From Polyangiaceae bacterium (GTDB lineage: Bacteria; Myxococcota_A; Polyangia; Polyangiales; Polyangiaceae), in contig JBNKBE010000019.1 in the NCBI GenBank assembly GCA_050287085.1, positions 59,039-114,714 on the forward strand: a stretch of DNA of 55,676 nucleotides, in the 5' to 3' direction. The position numbers were made by a program, and so were the translations under genes. Below the pieces are notes generated by a model, which made no database searches, was not told the origin of the DNA, and saw only the letters and a list, made by a program, of their open reading frames with translations. Shown here in pieces: positions 27,297 to 36,157 of this stretch; positions within the stretch are counted from its first letter, which is position 1; each line of letters starts with the position of its first letter.

Positions 27297-28046
27297 ATGC
27301 TTGAATCCGTACCTGCACTGCCCGTCATGGTAGCGCCTTCAACCGGCAGCACATTGGCGTTCCTGGGTGTTGTTGCCTTCATCTTTGGGTGCTTTGTGTC
27401 AGCCTTTGCCTGGGTCTGGCGGGGTGACGCGGCCCGCTGGCGCGTGACCATCCTGGCCGCGTTGGGACTCGGGAGCTGGATGCTCGTGACGGCTGCAGGT
27501 GCCACCAGCGGAGCGATCGCCGCCCTGGCGGGCAGTCCCAAGCTGATGCTCTACCTGGTGCTAACCAACGGCTTAGCGCTGGCCCTAGTGCTAAGCCCTG
27601 TGGGGCTCAGACTCGCGCGCGGCGTGCCCATCGCCGCCATTATTGGTTTTCAGGCTTTCCGCCTTCCGCTCGAATTAGTACTACACCAGTGGTACAACGA
27701 GGGGGTGATTCCCATCCAGATGACCTATGCCGGTCACAACTTTGACATCGTCTCTGGACTGGGCGCCCTTGTTGCGGCGGGGCTATTATGCGCGCCGCTC
27801 AGCACGACGCTGAAGCGCACCATCGCTTGGTGCTTCACCCTCCTCGGCACGGGGCTATTGCTCACAGTCATGAGCATCGCGGCGCGCTCTACCCCATCGC
27901 CGCTAAGAACCTATCTCAACGACCCGCCCGTATTGCTCGTCTTCCACGCTCCATACACCTGGATTGTGCCCATCTGCGTCGCGGGTGCCTTGTGCGGCCA
28001 CGGCCTCGCCTTTCGTTGGCTCTTGGGTCAACGAAAGGCGAGCTAG
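27297..28046 (+). CDS. Uncharacterised multi-pass membrane protein
   Basis: About 7 hydrophobic helices; conserved-looking motifs GFQ.FRLPLE..L, P.QMTY.G.NFDI..G, P..W.P. Confidence 0.8.
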   Translation: MLESVPALPVMVAPSTGSTLAFLGVVAFIFGCFVSAFAWVWRGDAARWRVTILAALGLGSWMLVTAAGATSGAIAALAGSPKLMLYLVLTNGLALALVLSPVGLRLARGVPIAAIIGFQAFRLPLELVLHQWYNEGVIPIQMTYAGHNFDIVSGLGALVAAGLLCAPLSTTLKRTIAWCFTLLGTGLLLTVMSIAARSTPSPLRTYLNDPPVLLVFHAPYTWIVPICVAGALCGHGLAFRWLLGQRKAS

Positions 28047-28081
28047 GAATCCGGCGCAAAGTGGCAGAAGCCAGAGTCAGC

Positions 28082-28114
28082 GTGGAGTGCCGGTGTAGAC
28101 CACCGGCGCTCCAC
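28082..28114. terminator. Hairpin between convergent genes
   Basis: GTGGAGTGCCGGTG-tagac-CACCGGCGCTCCAC (14-bp stem, one G-U pair). Confidence 0.6.
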
Positions 28115-28116
28115 TC

Positions 28117-31100
28117 TCAAAGAGCTGCGACCGTCAATTCCTTGGCCGCCGAAAGGCTCTTCTTCTTGGGCTCGTAATACGGATACACAGAAGCCCCTCC
28201 GTCGCTGGCCCGAACTGGCATCGTCGCCCGCAAACGGTAGGAGAAGACCTGCTCCGCGGAAGCCGCTAGCTCCGTTACGTACAAGATGATCTGCTTGCCC
28301 GTGACCTCGACTCTAGAAAGACTGCCCGCCTGCAGATACGAGTCAAAGTCGCCACGCTCCACCTCGAAGCCCGGCGGCAACCCGGCCGTCACCAAGACCA
28401 TGTTCTGAGGTGAGGCCGTGTTGTTCTGGATGCGGATACTGGCAGTCACCGTTTCGTCGACGCTGAGCGCGCTGCGATCATAGTCAACAGCAACCGACAG
28501 AGGCCCTGGCTCCGGCTCAGGCATCACACCCCATGGCACATGTTGACTGCTGACAAGGCTGAAGCTGGGAGCCCCTTCACCCGCGAAGGTCAATGTCACG
28601 GCGTGCTCGCCAGTGGTGGCGAGGTGCCCGAGGTCGAGCGTACGCATGACGTCCGCCGTGGCCTCCGTCAATTCTACCGTTTGAACGGTTTCACCGTCCA
28701 CCTCGACTACAAGACTGCCAAGCGCTGTGCTCGTACCCCGCTCCGCTGCAAGCAGCAGACTCTTCAGCGTCCAGATGGTCGCCTGCGTTGAGCCGAAGTT
28801 CCCAGACGGATCTTTTTGCGCCGTTAGGTAGGTGAGCCCCTTGGCGACCGCGTCGCCATAGCCGCCCACCTGAAGCAAGGCGTGTACCACCAGCGCCGTC
28901 GCCGATACGGCGGCGTCGCTGCCGCTGCCGTAGAAGTTGGTCTGCGTGCCCTCCGTGTCCCAGTTGGCCATCTCGTCGTCGGCGCCACTAAGCTGCATCT
29001 GCTCGATCAGCGTCTCGATAACGGAGGAAAGCGTCGGATCGCTCGGGGCAAGCAGGGCATAGGCATTGGCCACCAACGCCAAGGTGTATGCGTCGGTCTC
29101 CGATTGGTTCAGCTGCGCCTTCAAATAGGCGAGTCCGCGCTCCGTCTCCGGCCCACTGTAGCCAGCGCTCCCAATCGCCCACAGGGTGAAGGCCGTATTG
29201 CGCAGACCACTGGTGTGAAAGCTGAAGAATTCGCTCTGGTCACCGCTCCACGATCCGTCCGGCGCCTGCTGGCTGAGCAAGTACTGCAGCGTCCGCGCGA
29301 GCATGGCTTCATCAACCGGATGCACTTTGGCCATGTCGGAAAACTCGAGCAAACCAAAGGCCGTCACCGACAAGAAGGGCGCTGGGTCCTGCGTCCCAAA
29401 CCACGAAAATCCCCCGCCTGGATGCTCAAATGTCAATAGTCGCTGGTAACCAGCCGACATCAGCGACTCCGCCCGCAGCAGGATTTCAGGCGTCACCTGA
29501 TCCGTCTTCTTCATGTAGTCGGTCACGAGCACGTTGGGCCAAGCAGTTGAAGTGGTTTGCTCAAAGCAGCCGTTGGGGGTGCGTAGCAAACTGTCCATGC
29601 CCTCGACGGCCTGAGACAAGAAAGTGGGGAACACGTTCAGATAGAGCTGTTCCGAGCCGGGAATCGCGTCCGCCGTGAATGACACCTGCTGGGTAACGGT
29701 GCCCTTGACGCTACCCGACTGAGCCGTGGCCAGCTGCTGGCCGTCGGGAATGACTAGGACGCTGCGAGCCACCGCGTCTGACTTCTCGCTGCCGTTGCCA
29801 AACACGGTCAGCGTCTGACGGCCCACCTCAAGGACGCGGACCGGAACGCTGACCCCCCGCACCTCGCCGGGAGCAAGCTCCACGCTGAGCGCACTCTCCC
29901 CGAGTGCCGTATACCAATCGGCCGCCTCGAGCTCGACGTTCACTATCTGCGGCTCATCGAGGTAGTTGTAGATCGCGATCGGAAACTCGATCTCGTCCCC
30001 CCGCGTCAAAGTTGCGGGGAAGTTGACATCCACGAAGAAGTCTTGGAACACCGTGACGCCAAATGCGGCACTGCCAAGCTTGCCACCGGCGCTGTTGGCC
30101 ATCGTAGAAACGCGCCACTCAGTAATGCTATCGGCCATTTCGACCTCGAGCGTCGCCGTGCCGGTACCGTCCGTGATAACAGACGGGTTTACGTAGAGCG
30201 TCTCAGGAAAGTCCTGGCGTACGCGTGGTCCGCCCCGTTCTTCACTCTGCCCTTCACTCGACGCCCCGCCTGCGCCCGCGGACGGTTCTGGCGAGTTGTC
30301 GTCACCCCCGAGGTCAGCTACGGCCTCTCCGTCTGCCGCCGGCGGCGCCAATCCGCCTGGAACCGGACCGGGAACCCCATTTCCGTCTTGGTCGAGGGCA
30401 ACCTCACCACCGCGAGCGGGTCCGCCCCACGCGGGAGCCAGCGTGAAATCGAGGTCTGCCACGTTGATGACCAGCCGCTCGTCGTCAGTGCTTCCGCTCT
30501 GCTCGTCCGGACCCGACGTGACCAGGGTGAGCAGCGGGTACACCGTGGGCTGGACGTCGTAGGCGTTGCCCCAGAAATCGTTGGCCTTGACCTGTTGACT
30601 CAAGCGAGCAGCAAATGCTTCCGCAAGCGAAGTCTGTAACGCGTCACACCAATAGGAATTGGGATCACAACCGCTCTCCACCAGGCCGTCGGCCACGGCA
30701 TTGAGTTGTTGGTTTGCTGCCTGAATCAGACGCGCCCGTTCGCTATCGAAGAAGGGTGCCAGGGTGGCGCGGGCTTCCTTCAGCACCCCTTCCCAGCTAG
30801 CGCCTGAGAGCCCCGTCATCCGCATCCCGTCCAAGGCAGCCAAAACCGCCTCGGACTTGGCTTGCACCCCCGCCTCCTCATCGCTATCCGGGTTCGAAAA
30901 GAGCAAACCCGTCAGCGAGCCTGGAGGCGCCTTGAGCTGATAGTGGGGTTCGCGAAACTCGTCTTCGAGCTGAAAATACGTCTCAAGCAACCCAGGTCGT
31001 GCGTCGACCAAGGCAAATACCGCCTGGTCCACGATCTGAACCCCGAGGGCTGCGGCCGCCGGAGCCCCTGCTTCGTCCGTAACCGTGAAGGTCAGCTTTG

Positions 31101-33105
31101 CCGCGTCCCCAGGTTGGTATTGCGCCTTGTTGGTGTCGAGCGCGACGCTGAGATTGGACGCGCTACGCACGAATAGGTTACGCCCCGCGCGCACGATATT
31201 GCCGTCGTCCTGCACGATGTACGCCTCCACCCGATTGCTACCGAGCAGACTCGAATCGAGCGTGAAGTCAAAAGAGGCACTGCCCTCCTTGGGGTCCAAA
31301 GTGCGGAGATCGACCGCCTGCCCCTCGTTCAACCAGTCGACAAAAATGCTGCCATTGTCGTCGGTGGTGAGCACTTCGACCGAAACGACGTCACCCACGT
31401 CGTACACACTCTTGTCGGTGCGCACCAGCACGTGCTCGACGCCAGCTTGCTCATTGAAGTCGAATACTTGATTTGCGAGCTGCTGCTCACCAGCGGTCAC
31501 GTCAGCGGTCAGCCGCACCGCGCCTGACGTAGGCGTCCACTGTGCTACCGCATGGCCACCGGCGTCGGTTGTTACGGTCAGCGCCTTTTCGCCGGTCTGT
31601 AGCTCGACTTTGGCGCTGCGCACGGGGGAGCCGAGCGGATCCGTCACGAACACGTGCAGACGATTCTCGATGCCAGCAATGAGCTGGGTCCCCTCGGGGA
31701 TGACGCTCAGGCTGAGCGGCGCTGCTGCAACCCGCACGGGCAGCTCTTTGACGACTTCCTGGCCCGCAGTGTCAGTGACCGTCACCCGTAAGTTGAGCAG
31801 GGCAAGCCCTTGCTCCAGCGGGAGTCCGACGAGGGTTTCCGGCGTAGCCACAGAGAACTTGTAACTGCCATCAGCCCCCGTCTGGCCCAAGATCTCCTGG
31901 TAGACGTTCTCGCCTACGTCCAGGGTCGCCACCTCGATGCGGACCTGGCCCCCCGCCACAGCTTTGCCGAAAAAGTACTTGGAATCTACCTCGCCGGAAA
32001 CAACATCACCGGGTGCGTACCAAGCGCGGTCAGTCTCGACGTCGACGCGAAACTTGGGCAGTGCGTATTGCTTCACGGCCACCGTCTTCTCGGAAACCAC
32101 ATCTCCGACGACGGTGCGAACCTTGTAGTTGCCCTCGTTGACGATAGAGCCGATGACAAACTTCGTGGCCGCAATGCCATACTCGTCTGTCTCAAATTCC
32201 TTGTGAAAGACCTTGTTGCCTTTGCCGTCTTCCACTTCGAAGACAGCCTTGACGCCCGCCGACGGCGTGTTGCCCTGAGCATCGAGGGCGAGCGCGCGCA
32301 GGTGCATGGTCTGACCCGGCTTGTATACCGGCTTGTCGGTGGTGAGCAGCACCTTATCCCCATTGGCTGCCACCTCTATTTCGTCAGCGAGCTGCGCGCT
32401 GGCGATCTTACTCTTCGTTCTGGCAGCCACGCTGTAGCTGCCCGACTTGCCCGGGGTGACGTGCAATACAGCCACACCCGTGTCGTCCGTCTTGCCCGTC
32501 AGGGTCTCCGCCTTGTCGTCCTCGCCACGAATCTCGAGCTCGACGGTACGGCCCTCGAGCGGAGCTTTGGTGAGGGGATGCCTGGCCTTCAAGCGATACG
32601 CCACCTGCTTGTCTTCGGTGACGCGCGCCGGACCTTCGAGCGTCACTTCCTCAAGCTCCAGCGCGTAGAGCAGACTGCGGTTGAGCACCAGCTCGTCCCC
32701 GCCCGCGCTCTCCTTGCTGACCCTCAGATTCCACGCGACCAGCTCTGCTTGCGTCCCAACCTCGGGCAGGTCCAGCGTGGCCTCGATCGGCTTGTCCGCG
32801 TCTTTGGACGCGCGCTCTACCTGCTCTGTACTGAAGACCTTCTGTCCGTCGACAGAGGCGATCGAAATCTGGAACTTGCCAGCGCCAAGTCCTTCAAGCG
32901 TCACCGTTACTTCGCGGTCTCCGACCACATCCACGCGGGTTTCCTTCGGGTCGTCATCCGCAGGATCGGCGTCCGCGCTGGTCGCAACGTCAGCGGGCGG
33001 AGCGGGCCCTCGATCGGAGCCGTTACAAGCGCCGAGCCACAAGCTGCCAAGGAGGTGTGCGGCCATCCATGCGGACCGGCGTCGAAAGAAATAAGTGCGT
33101 TTCAT
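28117..33105 (-). CDS. Alpha-2-macroglobulin / thioester-containing lipoprotein
   Basis: Lipobox LGAC; MG motifs TDKPVYKPGQ, YALPKF, TDKSVY; bait-like low-complexity region before RQDFPET; DSITEW; thioester GCFEQ (29557-29571); GFSWFG; FGSTQAT; C-terminal GLPPGF...YPYY.P. Confidence 0.93.
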   Translation of the reverse strand: MKRTYFFRRRSAWMAAHLLGSLWLGACNGSDRGPAPPADVATSADADPADDDPKETRVDVVGDREVTVTLEGLGAGKFQISIASVDGQKVFSTEQVERASKDADKPIEATLDLPEVGTQAELVAWNLRVSKESAGGDELVLNRSLLYALELEEVTLEGPARVTEDKQVAYRLKARHPLTKAPLEGRTVELEIRGEDDKAETLTGKTDDTGVAVLHVTPGKSGSYSVAARTKSKIASAQLADEIEVAANGDKVLLTTDKPVYKPGQTMHLRALALDAQGNTPSAGVKAVFEVEDGKGNKVFHKEFETDEYGIAATKFVIGSIVNEGNYKVRTVVGDVVSEKTVAVKQYALPKFRVDVETDRAWYAPGDVVSGEVDSKYFFGKAVAGGQVRIEVATLDVGENVYQEILGQTGADGSYKFSVATPETLVGLPLEQGLALLNLRVTVTDTAGQEVVKELPVRVAAAPLSLSVIPEGTQLIAGIENRLHVFVTDPLGSPVRSAKVELQTGEKALTVTTDAGGHAVAQWTPTSGAVRLTADVTAGEQQLANQVFDFNEQAGVEHVLVRTDKSVYDVGDVVSVEVLTTDDNGSIFVDWLNEGQAVDLRTLDPKEGSASFDFTLDSSLLGSNRVEAYIVQDDGNIVRAGRNLFVRSASNLSVALDTNKAQYQPGDAAKLTFTVTDEAGAPAAAALGVQIVDQAVFALVDARPGLLETYFQLEDEFREPHYQLKAPPGSLTGLLFSNPDSDEEAGVQAKSEAVLAALDGMRMTGLSGASWEGVLKEARATLAPFFDSERARLIQAANQQLNAVADGLVESGCDPNSYWCDALQTSLAEAFAARLSQQVKANDFWGNAYDVQPTVYPLLTLVTSGPDEQSGSTDDERLVINVADLDFTLAPAWGGPARGGEVALDQDGNGVPGPVPGGLAPPAADGEAVADLGGDDNSPEPSAGAGGASSEGQSEERGGPRVRQDFPETLYVNPSVITDGTGTATLEVEMADSITEWRVSTMANSAGGKLGSAAFGVTVFQDFFVDVNFPATLTRGDEIEFPIAIYNYLDEPQIVNVELEAADWYTALGESALSVELAPGEVRGVSVPVRVLEVGRQTLTVFGNGSEKSDAVARSVLVIPDGQQLATAQSGSVKGTVTQQVSFTADAIPGSEQLYLNVFPTFLSQAVEGMDSLLRTPNGCFEQTTSTAWPNVLVTDYMKKTDQVTPEILLRAESLMSAGYQRLLTFEHPGGGFSWFGTQDPAPFLSVTAFGLLEFSDMAKVHPVDEAMLARTLQYLLSQQAPDGSWSGDQSEFFSFHTSGLRNTAFTLWAIGSAGYSGPETERGLAYLKAQLNQSETDAYTLALVANAYALLAPSDPTLSSVIETLIEQMQLSGADDEMANWDTEGTQTNFYGSGSDAAVSATALVVHALLQVGGYGDAVAKGLTYLTAQKDPSGNFGSTQATIWTLKSLLLAAERGTSTALGSLVVEVDGETVQTVELTEATADVMRTLDLGHLATTGEHAVTLTFAGEGAPSFSLVSSQHVPWGVMPEPEPGPLSVAVDYDRSALSVDETVTASIRIQNNTASPQNMVLVTAGLPPGFEVERGDFDSYLQAGSLSRVEVTGKQIILYVTELAASAEQVFSYRLRATMPVRASDGGASVYPYYEPKKKSLSAAKELTVAAL

Positions 33106-33162
33106 CGGTGACTTCCTTGCAGAAAATAGGAGGGCTAAGCTCGCCCCAACATGCCCTGGCGC

Positions 33163-33178
33163 TGCACCGATCGTGCCA
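33163..33178 (-). promoter_or_regulatory. sigma54 (-24/-12) promoter of the macroglobulin gene
   Basis: Minus strand TGGCACG-ATCG-GTGCA (GG-N10-GC), 58 nt upstream of the ATG; RBS AAGGAAG follows. Confidence 0.7.
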
Positions 33179-33340
33179 AGCCCACCTCACCCGATATCGG
33201 CGTAGACCGGGCTCGAAGGCGAGCCTTGTGGGGAGCTTCCATTCTGCGCCAGTCACAGATGGCTCACTGTGGCACAACTTGTCGCGCGCTGTTGCCACGG
33301 CGGAGGCTAATCCTTTGGCCGCCTCCGCCGCTCTTCGACG

Positions 33341-34573
33341 TCAGCCCGCGGATTCTTTGCGCCCATCGGCGTGCTGCGCGAAGCGCCCAGCCGTTGGGGC
33401 ATGCACTGGATCCGCACTCGACCACGGCCACCCCCCGAATTGCGTTAGCTGAAAGTCGCGATAAGCCTCCTGGATTTCGCGCCGCTCGTTCATCACAAAA
33501 GGGCCATGCTTGACGACGGGCTCACCAATGGGACGCCCCTGAAGCAGCAAAACCTCCGCCCCAGCGCCGCCCGCCTGCAGTTTCAACGCGGTGTCCGCCT
33601 GCCCGTGTAGGCCATGACCGGGCAGCAAACGGCGGAGTTGTGCCCCCGCCCCCGCGACGCTCACCTCACCCCCCGAAAAGAAGTACAAAGTGCGCGTGAC
33701 CCCCGCGCTCGCAAGCGGAAGCTGAACTTCGGCATAGGGCTCAAAACGCAGCGTCCAAATGGCGACTTCTGCCTGCGGCGAGCTCGCCCAGGAGTCCGGG
33801 GGCGGCTTAGGGGGTCGAGCTCCATCCAGCGCCCCAGCACTCAGCGTCAAGGTAACGCGAGCGCCGCGCGCGTCAACGCGCTCAACCGTGGGCACTCGGT
33901 TTTTCCAAAACATGGAGAAGTACGGTTCAACGAACTTGCTGCGCCGCGGCAAGTTCAGCCAAATCTGAAACAACTCTGCGTGATTGGGAGCCGAGTCATC
34001 CAACAAAGGAAACATCTCGGCGTGTACGATGCCGCGCCCCGCGGTCATCCATTGTACGTCCCCTTCGCCGTAGCGCGCGCGTGCGCCCAGCGAATCGGAA
34101 TGATCCACGTAGCCACGACGCGTCACCGTGACGGTTTCGAAGCCGCGATGGGGATGCCTTGGAAAGCCCGGAACGCGCTCACCGTGATACATGCTCCACC
34201 CGTCCTTCGAGCTGAAGTCGCTGCCGATACGGCGCCCCGCGAGCGAAGCGCTGGGAGCCATCGCCCCGTCCCCAGCCGGGAAGTCATCCTTGTGATGAAC
34301 ACAGAAGAGAAAGGGATCAAACGTGGGCCACGGCGGCTGCCCCAGCGCAAACTCACGCCAAGCAGGCTCGGATAGCCCCTGCGATTCCGTCGCCGCCTCG
34401 CCGGCGGCTCCGGCCGCTGTGGCTTCCAGCTGGGAGTCCGTGGCCGGCGACGGAGAAGTAGCCTTGCTCGCCCTTTCTTGCGGACGACGCGCGCAACCCA
34501 AAGGCCCTGCAAGCAGGGGCAACGAAGACAATCCGCGCAGGAGATTGCGGCGGAGAATGAATGAGCCTGGCAT
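33341..34573 (-). CDS. Pirin-family bicupin with a twin-arginine-like N-terminal extension
   Basis: DPFLFCVHH, PGFP.HPHRGFETVT, DHSDSLG, WMTAGRGI.H.E, FQIWLNLP, EPVV.HGPFVMN; N terminus LRRNLLRG...PLGC. Confidence 0.92.
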   Translation of the reverse strand: MPGSFILRRNLLRGLSSLPLLAGPLGCARRPQERASKATSPSPATDSQLEATAAGAAGEAATESQGLSEPAWREFALGQPPWPTFDPFLFCVHHKDDFPAGDGAMAPSASLAGRRIGSDFSSKDGWSMYHGERVPGFPRHPHRGFETVTVTRRGYVDHSDSLGARARYGEGDVQWMTAGRGIVHAEMFPLLDDSAPNHAELFQIWLNLPRRSKFVEPYFSMFWKNRVPTVERVDARGARVTLTLSAGALDGARPPKPPPDSWASSPQAEVAIWTLRFEPYAEVQLPLASAGVTRTLYFFSGGEVSVAGAGAQLRRLLPGHGLHGQADTALKLQAGGAGAEVLLLQGRPIGEPVVKHGPFVMNERREIQEAYRDFQLTQFGGWPWSSADPVHAPTAGRFAQHADGRKESAG

Positions 34574-34661
34574 CCCCCCGCTATAGTGCGAATCAGCGCC
34601 TCGCAACAGCCGGCAACGCCCCCACTCAGTCTTGATCGGAGAAGCCGGGAGCAACCACCGA

Positions 34662-35978
34662 TCAGGGGTGCCCTGCCCGTCGGGTGCCGAGCTCCGCTGG
34701 AGGGGCAAGGGCGCGCAAGGCGGCCAGCGCCGCCGAAACGTCGCCCGAAACGGCCGCGCGCGGCACAAATGGCGCGCCGACCAGGGCCTCGCGCCAGGCT
34801 AGCGCAGGAGCCGCCCGGTCGCGAAAGGCGTGCAGCAGTCGCAGTGTCTTCAGTCCGTCGAGCCACTCGTGGAGCCGCCGAAGCACCCCGCTGGAGGCTT
34901 TGGCTTGGTGCAGCAAGCGCCCGAGGGATGCCGGCAAGTCCAAGTGCTCGCAGGCGGCCCAAAACTCCGCCCCCTCCGCTTCCGCTTGCAGTCTCTCGCG
35001 CAGCGGGTGCATGGCCCGAACGCGCGCCACCTCGGGCAGCGCGTCCAAAGCGGTTCGCAGAAGCTCGAAACCCCGGGGCTGCAGGAAAGGCAGCGCCGGC
35101 TCGCCCCCGCGGGCCAATAACTCGCTCACGACCGGACCCGTGCCGAAAGGCGCGCGGGTGGAAGCCCGCGCCAGCAGCTCGACCGGCTCCGCACGGGCCG
35201 CGCGCAGGATGCCCACTTTGGCCAACTTCTGCAGCGTGTAGTGATCCTCGCCGGCCAAGCGCTGGGAGTAGCCGCGCACGGACGCGTAGGGTTCGACCCC
35301 AATGGCCATGGCACTGCCCAGAGCCGTGAATGCGTAGGGCGAGCCCGCGTAGTACAGCCCCGCCTGGTAGTAGCGCAGCCACAACTCATACAATTCTGTG
35401 GCGCGGGCGACGGGGCTTGGGGCACCAGTCACATGTCGGTAGGGGAAAAGCAGGGCTGCAGCGTCGCGTGCCGTTGGGTGGAGAGCGGCGTGAAAGTAGT
35501 CCCCCGGAAGCGTCGCGTCGGCGTCCGTGGAGAACAACCACGGCACCTCCAGATGACCCCGCCTGTGCAACTCTAGCAGCACATCTGCCGCTAGCTTTCT
35601 TGCCAAGCCGGCTCCTTGCTTCGCCGTGAACGTACGACCCGAGGTCGCCCGATCGACGATGAGCACGTCACCCCACGTACGCGATAGCAACAGGCCGTCG
35701 GGGCGGAGCCAGGTGGCATCTGGCTTCGATGCCAATGTGTGAATCCAGGACGACTGAAGCGCCAACGGCTCGATTTCGTTGGCAACGACCACCACCAGCG
35801 TACGACCGAGACCGGCCACCGAGCTGGCTGCGGCTCGGTAGCCTTCCAGAAAGGCCACGGACTCGCCGCGGGCTGGCACCCCCAGGCCAAAGGAATACCG
35901 CCCCAATGGGGCGGCGAGCTGACGTGCCTCCGGCTCGGCATATAGCTCAAGGTATTGGCGGAGCACGGTACTGAACAT
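34662..35978 (-). CDS. Uncharacterised GT-A fold (GT2-like) glycosyltransferase
   Basis: VPARGE, GAGLARK..AD, STDAD (DxD), AGSPYAF..LGS, AGED.Y.L.KL.K, R.S.R.PFGTG. Confidence 0.7.
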   Translation of the reverse strand: MFSTVLRQYLELYAEPEARQLAAPLGRYSFGLGVPARGESVAFLEGYRAAASSVAGLGRTLVVVVANEIEPLALQSSWIHTLASKPDATWLRPDGLLLSRTWGDVLIVDRATSGRTFTAKQGAGLARKLAADVLLELHRRGHLEVPWLFSTDADATLPGDYFHAALHPTARDAAALLFPYRHVTGAPSPVARATELYELWLRYYQAGLYYAGSPYAFTALGSAMAIGVEPYASVRGYSQRLAGEDHYTLQKLAKVGILRAARAEPVELLARASTRAPFGTGPVVSELLARGGEPALPFLQPRGFELLRTALDALPEVARVRAMHPLRERLQAEAEGAEFWAACEHLDLPASLGRLLHQAKASSGVLRRLHEWLDGLKTLRLLHAFRDRAAPALAWREALVGAPFVPRAAVSGDVSAALAALRALAPPAELGTRRAGHP

Positions 35979-36157
35979 CCTGGGGGCCACGCGATGTGGT
36001 GAGACGCAACCGGAACACTTGAAACAAGCCCGACCCGTCGAGTAGCAACAGCGAAGAGTGGCTACTGACTTGCGTAGCCAGGGGACTGGTGGCCACCCCC
36101 CCCGCAGCTGCTATCTTCTGGTGGAGCTGCGAATACCACACCCAGTTGGAAGGGCCT

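Noticed and set aside
31810..33111. 433-aa plus-strand ORF
   Set aside because: Antisense shadow of the macroglobulin gene, expected in GC-rich DNA; no recognisable motifs.
34123..35382. 419-aa Arg/Ala/Gly-rich minus-strand ORF
   Set aside because: Alternative frame overlapping the GT2-like and pirin genes, with off-frame composition.
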